Source: Lingula anatina
Lineage: Eukaryota; Animalia; Brachiopoda
DNA: 64,000 nt
Reading direction: 5' to 3'
NCBI GenBank assembly: GCA_051362555.1
Contig: CM120648.1
Coordinates: 11,590,587 to 11,654,586, forward strand
Shown here one piece after another: positions 1 to 11,318 of this stretch. A model generated the notes under the pieces. The model did not search any database, had not been told where the DNA came from, and worked only from the letters and a program-made list of their open reading frames with translations. The translations under genes and the position numbers were made by a program. Position 1 is the stretch's first letter. Each line of letters starts with the position of its first letter.

Positions 1-19
1 GGTTTAAAATCGTTTAAAT

Positions 20-675
20 GAAAATATATATGGCGCAACTATTTTTAAGGAAAATATGTACATGTATACGTATTTGAAGACATTTCTTTCTGTCATAACT
101 TGTCAAGCAAACTTGGACAGTGGACACTCAAACGATTTTTGTACAGCCATCTATAGAGCACATTTGGTAGAAAGTATAGATATAGCACAAATCGCCCACT
201 GCATTCGACATACATGAGAGCCATTAATTAAGGCGTAGTCGACATAATTGCACTCTTGGTTTTAGCATACAGTGGGAGCCATCTGAGTGATGGTGTTATG
301 TTCAAAATTAGGAATAATGAAAAAAAAGTCTGTTGATATCTAGCGAAAAATCGATCCGTGTCTCTTGAAAAGGGTCACTTGTAATTGCTTTATCTACTTG
401 CCAGTGCTTCGTACAATAGGATAATTGTACACTTGTATTTCACTTTGAAGCATATTACGATACAGCCCAGATCAGGCCTCTGGTAGTTATGTAGGCAACT
501 CTGGGAGTTGCATCTCCTTTCCCAAATATTACTGCAATCATCCTATCGTTCGAAGTTGCGGTATGATAACAAATACATTACGGTTCTTTGGTGGGCCCTA
601 GATTACGATGGAATGATAAACTGAGAAAATTTGGATGTTAACGTTCATTTGTCCATGGCCATTTATCACTACAGC

Positions 676-728
<53 letters not shown>

Positions 729-1010
729 AGAACTTAAACGCATATATACATACATAAACGTACTTCTCATGGCAAACGCTTATGTTCACTAGGCTACCAT
801 ATTGTGTTATATCTTAAGTTTAACTTGTTACCATTCCATTTTTGCATTATTGTATTGTATTGTTTTGTACTTTATTGTATTGTATTGTATTGTATTGTAT
901 TGTATTGTAACGTATTGTATTGTATCTGAAGTGCCAGCCACTAAGAAATAAATGAACTGAATTGAACTATAAGATTTAATCTGAAACAGTGTTGTTTGAC
1001 AGAACTGGAT
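20..1010. repeat. Dispersed ~1 kb repeat block, also at ~13360-14480 and ~23165-23750
   Basis: Same-orientation collinear motifs, e.g. gtatagatatagcacaaatcg, gtcgacataatt, cagtgggag, aacaaatacatt. Confidence 0.8.
848..925. repeat. (TTGTA)n microsatellite; poly-T run at ~677-722 nearby
   Basis: Directly visible. Confidence 0.95.
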
Positions 1011-1829
1011 GAAACGAGACCATCGCATGCTTATCGCTTTATTAAAAAAACTATATTTATTAAATCGCAGTCCATTGGTTGAAATTCTACTTTTTATGAG
1101 GGTTATGCAATTGCCTGGAGTAAGAGTGAAGCCACTAATGATGCCTTGTCTTGGTCTTGTATATTCCACTCAGTAATTTAAGGATAGGAGACGTTTTATA
1201 TAATAATTAAAGAGTGGGGATAAAAAAAGATTGACGGTGGACAGAAAAAGAGAGGAACTTTGGCAGAGAGAAGGAATATTCCCATGGGAGGAAAGTTAAG
1301 GGATGACGTCAATTTTGTGCCAAATTACTCGCTGGTTTGTACAGAAATGTGCACAGAATCAGCCAGAGAAACATCTGTCAATCGAATGCTTCTCCCATAG
1401 CTTGAGAAGCACCTCTTCTACATGCAGCCTCTCCCTCAGTTACAATAAAGTTATGATATCGATAATTAGAACTTTCCAACTACCAGGGACAGTCCACCCA
1501 AGGCACACTGAAAATCTAAAGTGTCCGTGTACATCCCTGAGGATAAGTTTATTATCACCAAAGGTTCATTTTCTTAACTTCAATTGTCAAGGAGGAGATA
1601 GTGGGCATGTACATGTACAACGGGGGAAAACTAGAATTACCCCCAGGGATAGCCCTACAGAGAAATGCACTGAAAATCCTAATTGCCCATGCACAACCCT
1701 GACGAAAGGTCTATTAATCACCACAGTGCATTTGGGGGAGGGCAGGAAGCGTGCAAGCGGGGAGGGTGGGGGGGGGGGGGGGTAGTTGCCCTCTCCTTTG
1801 GACGTGTAGATTTATAGTTGCTGATACAG

Positions 1830-2070
1830 TATTATTTATTATGGTACTTTGGCAGTAAAACTTGTGATAGTTGTGACATTGAGTGATGTGGTATTGTGGT
1901 ACTGTGGCAGTAAAAAGTGTGGTAAATGTGACATTGAGTGTTGTGGTATTTTGGAACTGTGGCCGTGAAACGTGTGGTGGTGGTTACATTGAGTGTTGTG
2001 TTATTGTTGTACTGTGGCAGTAAAACGTGCAGTAAATGTGATATTGAGTATTGTGTTATTGTCGAACTTG
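1830..2070. repeat. 55-bp minisatellite, ~4 copies
   Basis: gtgacattgagtgttgtggtatt...gtggcagtaaaa recurs at ~1873, 1928, 1983, 2038. Confidence 0.9.
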
Positions 2071-3820
2071 GTGGAAAGTGTGGAAGATCTGATTACAGCT
2101 TTGTGTAAGATATGCTTCATACCCGCTCCCCGTAGCTCTTGATAAATTTAAGAATGGATCGATAATATGGACAAGAGAGAGAGATTCCATATAAAAGGTG
2201 TACTCAACAAATGCAAGACATGGTTCTCGTTACATTTTAGCAATTTTCTTTCTAACTGCAAACACCTGTGTAATTGTTTTGTTCCAATGCAGTAACAGCT
2301 CAGATGGCAATGACCGTCTCTGGGCAGTCAGTTGGCAGCGCATAACGAATATGATTATTGTTTTAGTGGAAGTGTTAGCAATTAAATAACCTGTGAAGGA
2401 TAACTTACGTAAAGATTAATTTTAGATGAGATTGCATTATTTAAGCTAGAAGAATTTATTAGGTTTATTTAGTATATTAAGTAGAACGTATCGTTTAGTT
2501 TTTTTTTATTTCTCTTGATGTTTCACTGTACTATTTTCTTTTTTTTTCTACTTTTCACCAGTTCAGTACAGTTTGGCTGAGATCAGTTCATTTTAATACA
2601 GCTCATTAAACAGTAAGAGTTCAGTTCTCTGGATGACTCGGCAGCATTTAATATCTAACGATGATTGTTCGTATTTCTTACTCGTTGTCCGCTACATTAT
2701 GGAAATGTCACAATTAAAAACACTGATATTTAAATTGTTTGGTACCAATTAAAAGTCAAAACAATACCATTTGTGATTTACTTAAGTCGTTGGATATTTT
2801 ATCATTGTATCTATCCCACCAAAATGGACGCGAATTGTTATGGACTGACAAGTTACTGATACACTGGAGAGTAGTACACAGTCTTATACTGAAGAAGGTC
2901 ACGCTGTGACCGAATGCTTTGATTATGTTTTTTCATTTTGTGTAGAAATTATGATTAATATCAAAGGACTTCGCATATGAATTTTCTTCAGAAAGTATAA
3001 ATTAATGTAATGGTGTTTGATTTTGAGATTTTTATGAGCAATAAAACATGACTGTATTAAATGTTGTTCAGTTTTATATTTGATGATATAATGTCGTATA
3101 TACATAGCATTCTTCACGTGATAATCCAAACCAAAAAAAGCAGTGGACTCGAGATCTCATGATTTCAGTTTCATCCCTTCTATCTCAAGTACCGAATGAC
3201 CCAGTCTTTTTTAAAACTTCCATGCACTTCTGTATGCTTTTATGACTAGTAACAACAGCTTGCTTGGCTACAATTATCACTGATCAGTCACTCGTAACGC
3301 GATATCAGATCATTTCTGTTAAGCCGAATAACAATGTCGCTGTCCAAAATTAAGTCGGCTTTGCGAGATAATGATACCCTAGCTATTACATTCCCTTTAC
3401 TTGGGGTGCAGGTTGATTTTTGCCAAGATATTCACAGATTTGTCTCTGGCTTAATCATGATAACTTTTTAGTGTGTCCAGTGCGATTTTTTGCTAAAAAT
3501 TTATTTCATTACTTTCAATTTTTGTAGGTTACCTGAAAAAGGCCACCAGAGTAGATGAGAAGACATCTAGTAGAGATAACAACTATGAAATGGTGTTATT
3601 AAAGATTAAGAGAAATCAGTCACCTTTTTCAATAACGATAATAAACAAGAAAAGCACTCAGTGTTCGGAAATTTCCGTCAAGGTAGCCTAAGTATTATTA
3701 TAATCTTTTTTATAAATTAGGCACTATTTTATTTACTCAATTCTCATTATTAATTAATGAATTAATTAAACAATTAATTAATCACCAGCAAAACGGTGTC
3801 ATTTCTGAGCTGTCTAGAAA

Positions 3821-3975
3821 ATTTCATCAAATTCTTTCCATAACCATTGCAGAATGTTGCTAACAGAAAAAGAAATTCATCAAATTTTTTCCATAACCTT
3901 TGCTGAATGTTGCTAACAGAAAAAATGATCAAATTCTGTCCATAACCTCTCCAGAATGTTGCTACCAGAAAAACA
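3821..3975. repeat. Tandem repeat of ~55 bp, 3 copies
   Basis: catcaaattctttccataacc...gaatgttgctaacagaaaaa repeated. Confidence 0.8.
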
Positions 3976-4078
3976 AATTATTATTACTTTTTTTAATTTG
4001 ATAATTATAATAATGGTGATAATAATTATAATATTAACAATCAAGTTCTTTAAAACCGTGCTGCCCGTACAAATCAGC

Positions 4079-4344
4079 CAGTGGCAGATTTGGGGGAAAG
4101 GGGTCAGGGGGTTTTTAACCTGCAACCCCCCCTTCGATTTCCGAAAAATAAAAAACACCAAAAGTCCCGTCTTGAAATAAGAATTTTGACTAGCTGTATC
4201 ATAGTTCTAAACCAAATGGCACCGTTCGCCTTCTAAAATACCCCAAAAAAAATTCGAAGCCCTTCAGCGGGCCCGAACCCCACGTCAAGGAGGGAGGGTC
4301 GGCTTGGCATCCGCCCCCCCCCCCCCCCTTCAATTAATCCTGGA

Positions 4345-4380
<36 letters not shown>

Positions 4381-4386
4381 CCTCTG
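4079..4386. mobile_element. Non-autonomous TIR element (CAGTGGCGGATTT...GGATCCGCCCCTG family)
   Basis: Inverted termini; internal cttgaaatTagaattttgactagctg...atggcaccgttcg shared with 15725-15965 and 57772-58280; poly-C expansion at the right end. Confidence 0.75.
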
Positions 4387-4646
4387 TGTTGTGCACAATA
4401 ATCAAATGTCTTATGTGAATTATTCATTATTGGGAGAAATAGTGTAGGTTACCCGATACAATAATTTTGACTCTTTTCGTTTGGCAAGTATTAAACGGAA
4501 ATATATTCTTGATGCTAATTAAGGAAGGGACTACTCCTTCTATCGCAATTCCGTGATTAATTGTTCTAAAAGAATTACTCACGCTGAGCTGCTCCTTAGA
4601 CAATTTTAGTGACTCAACGCAGATTGATTTGTTACTATCGAACCTA

Positions 4647-4701
4647 CATTTATTTATTTATTTGTTTGTTTGTTTGTTTGTTATTTATCATCATCATCAT
4701 C

Positions 4702-4745
<44 letters not shown>
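4647..4745. repeat. Compound microsatellite (TTTA/TTTG/ATC/ATT)
   Basis: Directly visible. Confidence 0.95.
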
Positions 4746-5302
4746 GCACCACTAACATTTCTCTTAATCTTTTTTCCATCTGTTTTCCACTCCAGACATA
4801 CGTAATAATTAAACTAAGGGGTTTAAGCGCAATTTCGATTTCCTTTACCTTCGATGCCATTTCTTCTTGGAAATGTATTAAGATCGCAAGTATTCTTTTG
4901 TCACGAACCAATTATCTGTCATCATTACCAGACTGAAGAACCTATTTCAACAACTAAAGTTACATGTAATATCTTAAATGACAAAGCGGATATATGTGAC
5001 AACATTTTTCTTTCGACTCAGCCACAAATATTTTGATCTGTTAACAGCGATCCTTGAGGCAGAGGGTTTGAAATTGAAGTATTGATAACGTATAGGTAAA
5101 AATCACCAAAACGATTGTTTTTAACTGTTTAACGGTAATATAAGGGAATACCTTGCACTCCGCCTGCCCTGTTTTGATTCTTCTTACTTGATCTTTTCGT
5201 CCTGCACAAGGAGACACAAGTATCCAAAAATTATGACAGGATCAATTTTTTATTGGTTTACTTCAATCAAGGATAATTCGGCACTAGATTTAATGAAATA
5301 TC

Positions 5303-5306
5303 AAAA

Positions 5307-5337
<31 letters not shown>

Positions 5338-5372
5338 AAATAAAATAAAATAAAATAAAATAAAAATAAAAA
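5303..5372. repeat. (AAAT)n/(AAAAT)n microsatellite
   Basis: Directly visible. Confidence 0.95.
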
Positions 5373-6080
5373 AGGAACACAAAAAAGTCAACCTAACTCA
5401 GAAGGAATTCATTCATTTTTGTCAATGCAGGCCCATTTCCCAATATAGGTGCACTACTAACTGAATTACCTCTCGGGAATGTAATTTTTTACAGTATTCA
5501 AGTCAACATCAAGTCAAGTTAAACTTAAGCCATTGTTTCTCTTGTGAAATTGTCCCCAGATGCTTTCTGTACTAAATAAAAGGGAATTTTATAATAATAC
5601 ATGCGATTTTAATATGCATGAAACTACAAATGGAATCATAAGAGTATCGTAAGAGTTGGATAATATGACACAGAAAGTCCATAAATCAAAGTTCTCTACT
5701 AGGAAATTAGGTGAGCACCTTGATTCAGTCTTTACCACTAAGCTAAAAGCAAAAACTATAAAGTGCTGGAGCGAGTTGTTTCTAACTAACCGTTCACAAA
5801 GGTTAATGATAAAAGACTAAGAACAAGGAGACGCGAGAAGTGGCAAATTGAACCGACGGGTTTGTAATTAATTATCTTATTGACTGGAGATTTGTATAAT
5901 ACCCCTGGAAAGCTTACGTGAGATAATGCACCCACGTGATCTAGGCCAGATCACTTTGAGCGCCAGATAAGATGTTCAAGGCATTTGACGCGAGAAGGTT
6001 GCAATGTATTATTGGCATACATATCGAGAAAGCATACTCGCATCTCCCTCTAAAACCGATTTAAGCTTCACATACCTGTA

Positions 6081-6082
<2 letters not shown>

Positions 6083-6122
<40 letters not shown>
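6083..6122. repeat. (TA)n microsatellite
   Basis: Directly visible. Confidence 0.95.
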
Positions 6123-6128
<6 letters not shown>

Positions 6129-6861
6129 CAATATGAAGCGGATCTGAAGCTTTAAAATGGAAGTCGCGTTTTACCGGCAAGAGCTAATGTATGGTAACTA
6201 AAAGCAAACTTTTGGGAGTTGAAGGTATTTGGTGTTATGGACGCATGCATTCATATTCAATATTGGTCATTTTGTATGCCTGAGGAATTTCATTTTTATT
6301 TAAAAATTACTTTAGAGAAAATATGCTCAATAACATTCTTATAACTGTCACTGAAAACGACATTATGCCCCCATTCCTACATTTAACACTGAACGAAGGG
6401 AACTGCATCAATCCCTTTTCCAGATTAAAACGCCACGCTGACTTATCAACGGATGTGTGTCACAGTAAAGGACAGTCACAAGCTGATAGAGTGAAGTTGT
6501 CTCTCAAATGCTGTTATTTTCCAACTTAAAAGTTCACTGCGAAAATAAGACGGGTTTCGGAGAGTCATACGATTAATTCTTGACATTAGTTGAACCCAAT
6601 GTTAATATGTTATAATGGCAATTCTAGTAGAAAATTGCTGCAAGGTCCTTTTTACAAGACAAACATCGAAAGATCTGGGAAATTATGTGAGGCATCATCG
6701 AATCAGTAGGCGTATGCTTGCATGGTTTATACGTGCAACACTTACACGGCGTCTTTTAATTAATATCAGTTGTCATTGAAAAGTTACGGATTAATTTCGC
6801 ATCAACTACATAGGCCAAGTTAAATCGCGAGACGTTAATTGCCAGCTGCCTACACACACTG

Positions 6862-6897
6862 TATAAATGCATGCTCCAGTAAGACATGAATTCAGAC
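6862..6897 (+). promoter_or_regulatory. Putative TATA box and Inr of the GPCR gene
   Basis: TATAAA at 6862-6867 and Inr-like TTCAGAC at 6891-6897, ~30 nt apart, ~80 nt before the favoured ATG. Confidence 0.5.
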
Positions 6898-6971
6898 TTC
6901 TCCAGCTTGCGAACGACTTTAATTTCCGACGCTTTCCTCTGCTCTGCAATCCTGTTAAACTTGTAAAAGCC

Positions 6972-8102
6972 ATGAATACGACCGAGATGCCTGTCAATGG
7001 TACCTCATTTCTTGAAAAAGAGGAAAATGAAGAGGACATTCCTGACTTGGCCTTCATCAATCTGTTGTATTTCGCGGTAGGTGGCATTGGGATTTCTCTC
7101 GTTATTGTGGTTGGCCTTATTCTGAATTTTCTCTCGATGGCTGTATTTTCACGTTTCGAAAAACGGAGCTCGACTTCGTTCCTTTTGATATGCTTGGCAG
7201 TGGCCGATAACATCCATCTTTTAGCGACACTCTTAAACTTCAGCCTCCAAGCCATGTACCCTTATACTGGGTGGTTCAAAGAATACTTCTTTACCTTGAT
7301 GAAACACTCCCGGCTTTTGTGGGGGTTAAAGTATTCCCTCTTCCTGATCCCACCCTGGCTAGTAGTGCTCATAACGTTCGATCGTTATCTTCACCTTTGT
7401 TCAGACAACGCCCTTAGGAGTGGACCAACCGCACCTATCAAGGTTTGGGCGTTTAGAGTTGGCTGCATTGTGATTTTTGCTTTTCTCAACAATGTACCAC
7501 GATATTTCTTTGGTTCCTTGCCTGAACGTCCTTGTCCCCTAAACACAACATCCCCTGTGTTTTGTCTAGGCGCCCCATTACCGGTTTCAGAATACCACAA
7601 AGCGTATACTGCTTTTTCTTACGTTTTTGTGCATTTTTTGGTTCCTTTCATTATCGTCCTGGTTCTGAATGCTAAGATGGCTCTTTACATGAGGGTTCTT
7701 GCCAAGAATCCAACCATGATTGCCATGCACAAGTTGGGTGTTCATCGTACTTTGATCAAAATGACTTTGGTGATCGCCCTAACTACTTTGGCCGCCTCCT
7801 TAACAGTCTCTCTGTCTTGTCTCTTTGGACTCTTTGGCAACCAGCGTATTGGCGAAATGCGAGGCATGGTTTATGTATACCCAGTCATGGTTTTGTTCTG
7901 TACACTTAGCTCCTGTGTAAATTTCTTCATTTACGGCCTTTTCGGGGGAAAATTCAGAAGCACTTTGAAGTCGTTGTGTTGCCATCAAAAGCCAAACAAG
8001 AGAGGGCAAGCTGCTTGCGATATGGCAGAACGCAAAAGAAGTGCAGCGCCAGACGGGCCAAAGCCTGGAGTGCGAGCTATCAGCACCATAGGTGCTGCTT
8101 GA
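6972..8102 (+). CDS. Intronless class A (rhodopsin-like) GPCR, FMRFamide/peptide-receptor-like, 376 aa
   Basis: Seven hydrophobic segments; TM1 GLILN, TM2 LAVAD, TM3 DRY, TM4 NVPRYF, TM5 LVP, TM7 NFFIY then KFR. Start placed at AAAGCCATG (MNTTEMPVNGT, two N-glycosylation sequons) rather than 6867. Confidence 0.9.
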   Translation: MNTTEMPVNGTSFLEKEENEEDIPDLAFINLLYFAVGGIGISLVIVVGLILNFLSMAVFSRFEKRSSTSFLLICLAVADNIHLLATLLNFSLQAMYPYTGWFKEYFFTLMKHSRLLWGLKYSLFLIPPWLVVLITFDRYLHLCSDNALRSGPTAPIKVWAFRVGCIVIFAFLNNVPRYFFGSLPERPCPLNTTSPVFCLGAPLPVSEYHKAYTAFSYVFVHFLVPFIIVLVLNAKMALYMRVLAKNPTMIAMHKLGVHRTLIKMTLVIALTTLAASLTVSLSCLFGLFGNQRIGEMRGMVYVYPVMVLFCTLSSCVNFFIYGLFGGKFRSTLKSLCCHQKPNKRGQAACDMAERKRSAAPDGPKPGVRAISTIGAA

Positions 8103-8218
8103 GCAGGAGTGACAGGCCTTCGATAACCAGGTAAATGAGCAATATAATACGTTTGTTTGCCTTTGGTATTTTTCATTCTAATAATAATAATAACAATAGT
8201 TATTATTATCATTATTGT

Positions 8219-8219
<1 letters not shown>

Positions 8220-8250
<31 letters not shown>
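8220..8250. repeat. (AGT)n microsatellite
   Basis: Directly visible. Confidence 0.95.
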
Positions 8251-8488
8251 CAGAATAGGCTGCAGAACGCAGTGTAGCAAACAGTATAATTGCAATGCCT
8301 GTAGATTTGTCTAGTTTTTTGTATTGTTTTGGGAATGAAAGTAACTAAATAATTTAAGTCATTAACATCCAGGTATACATACTATACAAGCCAGGCTATT
8401 TGGCTATCCTGACTACATATCTGAGCATAACAGGCATGGCCATCATCTTTTTTTTTTTTTTTTTTTTTTGCTTTCTTTGGTATATGTA

Positions 8489-11318
8489 CCCAGACAGCCT
8501 CAGTAATCTGGCCCACGTCTGGCCCAGATCTGGCAACGTCTGGCAATATCTGGGCCAGATTTTGCCAGACACTTGCCAGATCTGGGCCAAGTCTGGCAAA
8601 GTCTGGCATTTATGCCACATTTTGCCAGACACTTGCCAGATCTGGGCCAAGTCTGGCAAAATCTGGCATTTATGCCACATTTTGCCAGATGCTGCCCAGA
8701 CTTGGGCCAGATATGGTACTTTCATTTTCAATTTTTATTTTCTATTTATTTATTTTTTATTGACCAGTGAGCTGAATGCATTGAACTGACGTCATTTGAT
8801 AAATTTTGATTTAATTTATCTCTCTCTCTTTTCTTCAAAGTCCCCTCATAAGTGTGTTATTTGTTTTATTTGACTTGACATTTGAATGAATTCACTGTTC
8901 TAAAACTTTTTGAACTACTCGTTCCGCTGTTGTAAGATTCCGCTTTTTATGCTAAGCCGGTCAAGGACCCGGATGTAGCGTTTCTTAGAGTTATGGATAT
9001 GAAAAAAGCACAAGCGTATCAAACTGATACAATTCGTTGAGTGATTTGATTCGTGATGCGATTTATTTCGAAGGCATCAACACTGGCGACGAGGATTAAC
9101 ACTAGTGCAAAACTGTGAGCCAACTTTCTTTGAAAAAAATGGAGGAAAAATGTGAAATTACGGAATTCGAACCGTACAGAAGTCCGGAGACATTAGGGTC
9201 ACGCTCGACGCGATGGCTAGACAGTTTTAACCTCTTCGCTGACGGAAAAGATTGATCTTTTCAAAACCAACGGACGGCATGAATAATGAACAAAGATAGA
9301 AAATTAAAAATACATGACAGAGGAGACGCGCGCTTATGTTGTATTCAGCAGGGACAGGTGTACAATATATTTTCAGGACTCTCCCAAACACAGGTTAGAA
9401 ACATGAATATACATAAGACAGTTAACGCTTTGAATGAAATTGGAACACCAGAAACTGTGAGTATGATGAAACCGAAGTCATTTGACAAGCCAAGCCAGTC
9501 TAAACATTACGAGTTTAGACATGAAAAACGAAGTAGAAACTCCCTGACTGAGAAAACATGGAACGTTGGATCACTTTGCAAAAGTCTGCAAAACTGAAAC
9601 TATTATTCATGTAAATGACAGCTTTGAACATGATAATCCAGGAGTGCATATATACATTTGGTGTGGGAACCAATGCAATATACACAGAAGACATGGAGGA
9701 AATAGAGGAGTTGTTAATCTCAGTGTATTACCAGATTCAGGTGCATATTGTAATATCATTGATGAAAATACATGGAGAATGCTGAAATCCAAGAAAAATA
9801 AATGTGGCTCTTGTGGAGGACCAGAAAACAAACAGTATTATTCATGCACGTCTGAGAAACCTTTAAAAGTGAAGGGAACATTTGAATGTGACGTAAAGGA
9901 AGAGACCAGTAGTAGTGAAAGGACATGGGATTTGATATGAGTTGATAAGTTTTGAGAATTTTCAGTGTGGTTTAAGGAATAAAAGTTGGAGTTCATATGC
10001 TATTCTGCAAATGTTTGAAAGGACATTTTAAAGACTGAACTGTCAATAAACATGTTTTGAAAGGACCGTTTCTGTCCAAGAAAGGAAGGGATGTTGTGTT
10101 TTGACTTGACATTTGAATGAACTGTTGTTAACTTGGTAGAGTTACTTGTTCCATATTGTTGATTCCATTAATAATTATAAGCTTGTCAAGGAGCCAGATG
10201 TATCATTTCTTAGTGTTATGGATTTGAAAAAAGCGCAAACATTGCAAACTGGTTCAATTCATTGAGTGATTTGATTCATGATGTGATTTAATTCAAAAGC
10301 ATTGATACTGGGGTTTGTTTTTGTGCACATGTAATTCTCTTTTAATTGTACATCTATATCTGTGCTGGAGTATACATATTTTTTTTTTTCAGAATTTACA
10401 TGTATGTACAGTACTGTAGCCAGCATGCAAGTTGAATTACAGTTACTGCATGGTTATTTATAATTTTGTTATAACTCACCATCATCTAAAAGAACAATGT
10501 TTTTTCATTCATTATTCAAGATTTATTCATTACAAAACTATATTCATTAGTGATTATTATTATTAATGATATGTTTGAATTAGTTTAAAAATGACAATGT
10601 GTGCAAAAATATTTCCCCCTCAAACCCCTCCCCCATGTACATGCATAATTAATTACAATTTTTGTAATTTGTGTTAATTCAGATTCGATGAGCAGCTTTG
10701 TGTTGAAAAAAAAATTGTTATAACTGTTTTCTTTACATGTATGTAAGTGACATTTCCTCCTGTAAAGTGTCTGTATATTTACCTTTTTGCAGTGTAGTTT
10801 TTTTTTTCAAATATACATTGTTTTGTACAAAAAGACAAGGAGTGACCCTTAATTTGTTACATGTTAGTTGCCAGCAAGGTTATATAATGTGTAATAATTT
10901 TGTTTGGGGTTTTAGCACAGAATAAATACTTGAATCTTGAATCTTGTATGTCTTTTTTATAGTAATCTTATTGAATAATTAAAAATAATTAAAAAAAAGA
11001 AAAAAAAAACATTCTGGGCCATATGTGGTCCATGTCTGGCCCTAATCTGGCCCATTTGCATATGATCTGGCCCACATCTGGCCCACATCTGGCATGCCAT
11101 ACATTTGCCAGATATTGCCAGATCTGGGCCGACATCTGGCCATATGAGCAAATGTGGACTGGGCCAGATGTGGCAATGTCTGGGCCAGATCTGGCCCAAA
11201 CATTGCCACATCTGGCCCACATGTGGCAAGCCATACGTGGGCCATACCTTTTGCCAGACATTGCCAGACGTTGCCAGATCTGGGCCAGACGTGGGCCAGA
11301 TCACTGAGGCTGTCTGGG
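8489..11318. mobile_element. 2.83-kb non-autonomous DNA transposon with CCCAG termini and ~11-bp subterminal repeats (CMC/EnSpm-like by inference)
   Basis: 65-nt TIR with 2 mismatches (CCCAGACAGCCTCAGTRATCTGGCCCACG...); TATGTA on both flanks; TCTGGCCCAGA/TCTGGCAA arrays at 8489-8712 and ~11010-11318. Confidence 0.9.
8862..10307 (+). mobile_element. Internally deleted Ty3/Gypsy LTR retrotransposon relic
   Basis: Direct repeats ~8862-9082 and ~10092-10307 starting TGTT; PBS-like TGGCGACGAGGA at 9084; purine tract AAGGAAGGGA before the 3' LTR; gag-like MEEK..RWLDSFNLFADGK (9139), zinc-knuckle end DHFAKVC, protease motif VLPDSGAYCNII; stops and frameshifts; no RT/IN visible. Confidence 0.85.

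Noticed and set aside
1303-1785. 160-aa ORF
   Set aside because: No motif; spans a ~160-bp imperfect duplication and ends in poly-G
1830-2070. Regularly spaced repeats as a CRISPR-like array (also 20607-20700, 62465-62753)
   Set aside because: Contiguous tandem units without unique spacers, eukaryotic context, no cas genes
6867-6971. 35-aa N-terminal extension of the GPCR
   Set aside because: The ATG overlaps a TATAAA box; the downstream ATG has better context and a typical glycosylated N-terminus
6806-7255. 149-aa and other antisense ORFs over the GPCR
   Set aside because: Shadow frames of the real + strand CDS with no recognisable motifs
8382-8789. Overlapping repetitive ORFs (PDLAQIW..., also 10957-11356)
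   Set aside because: They are translations of the transposon's stop-poor subterminal repeats, open in many frames on both strands
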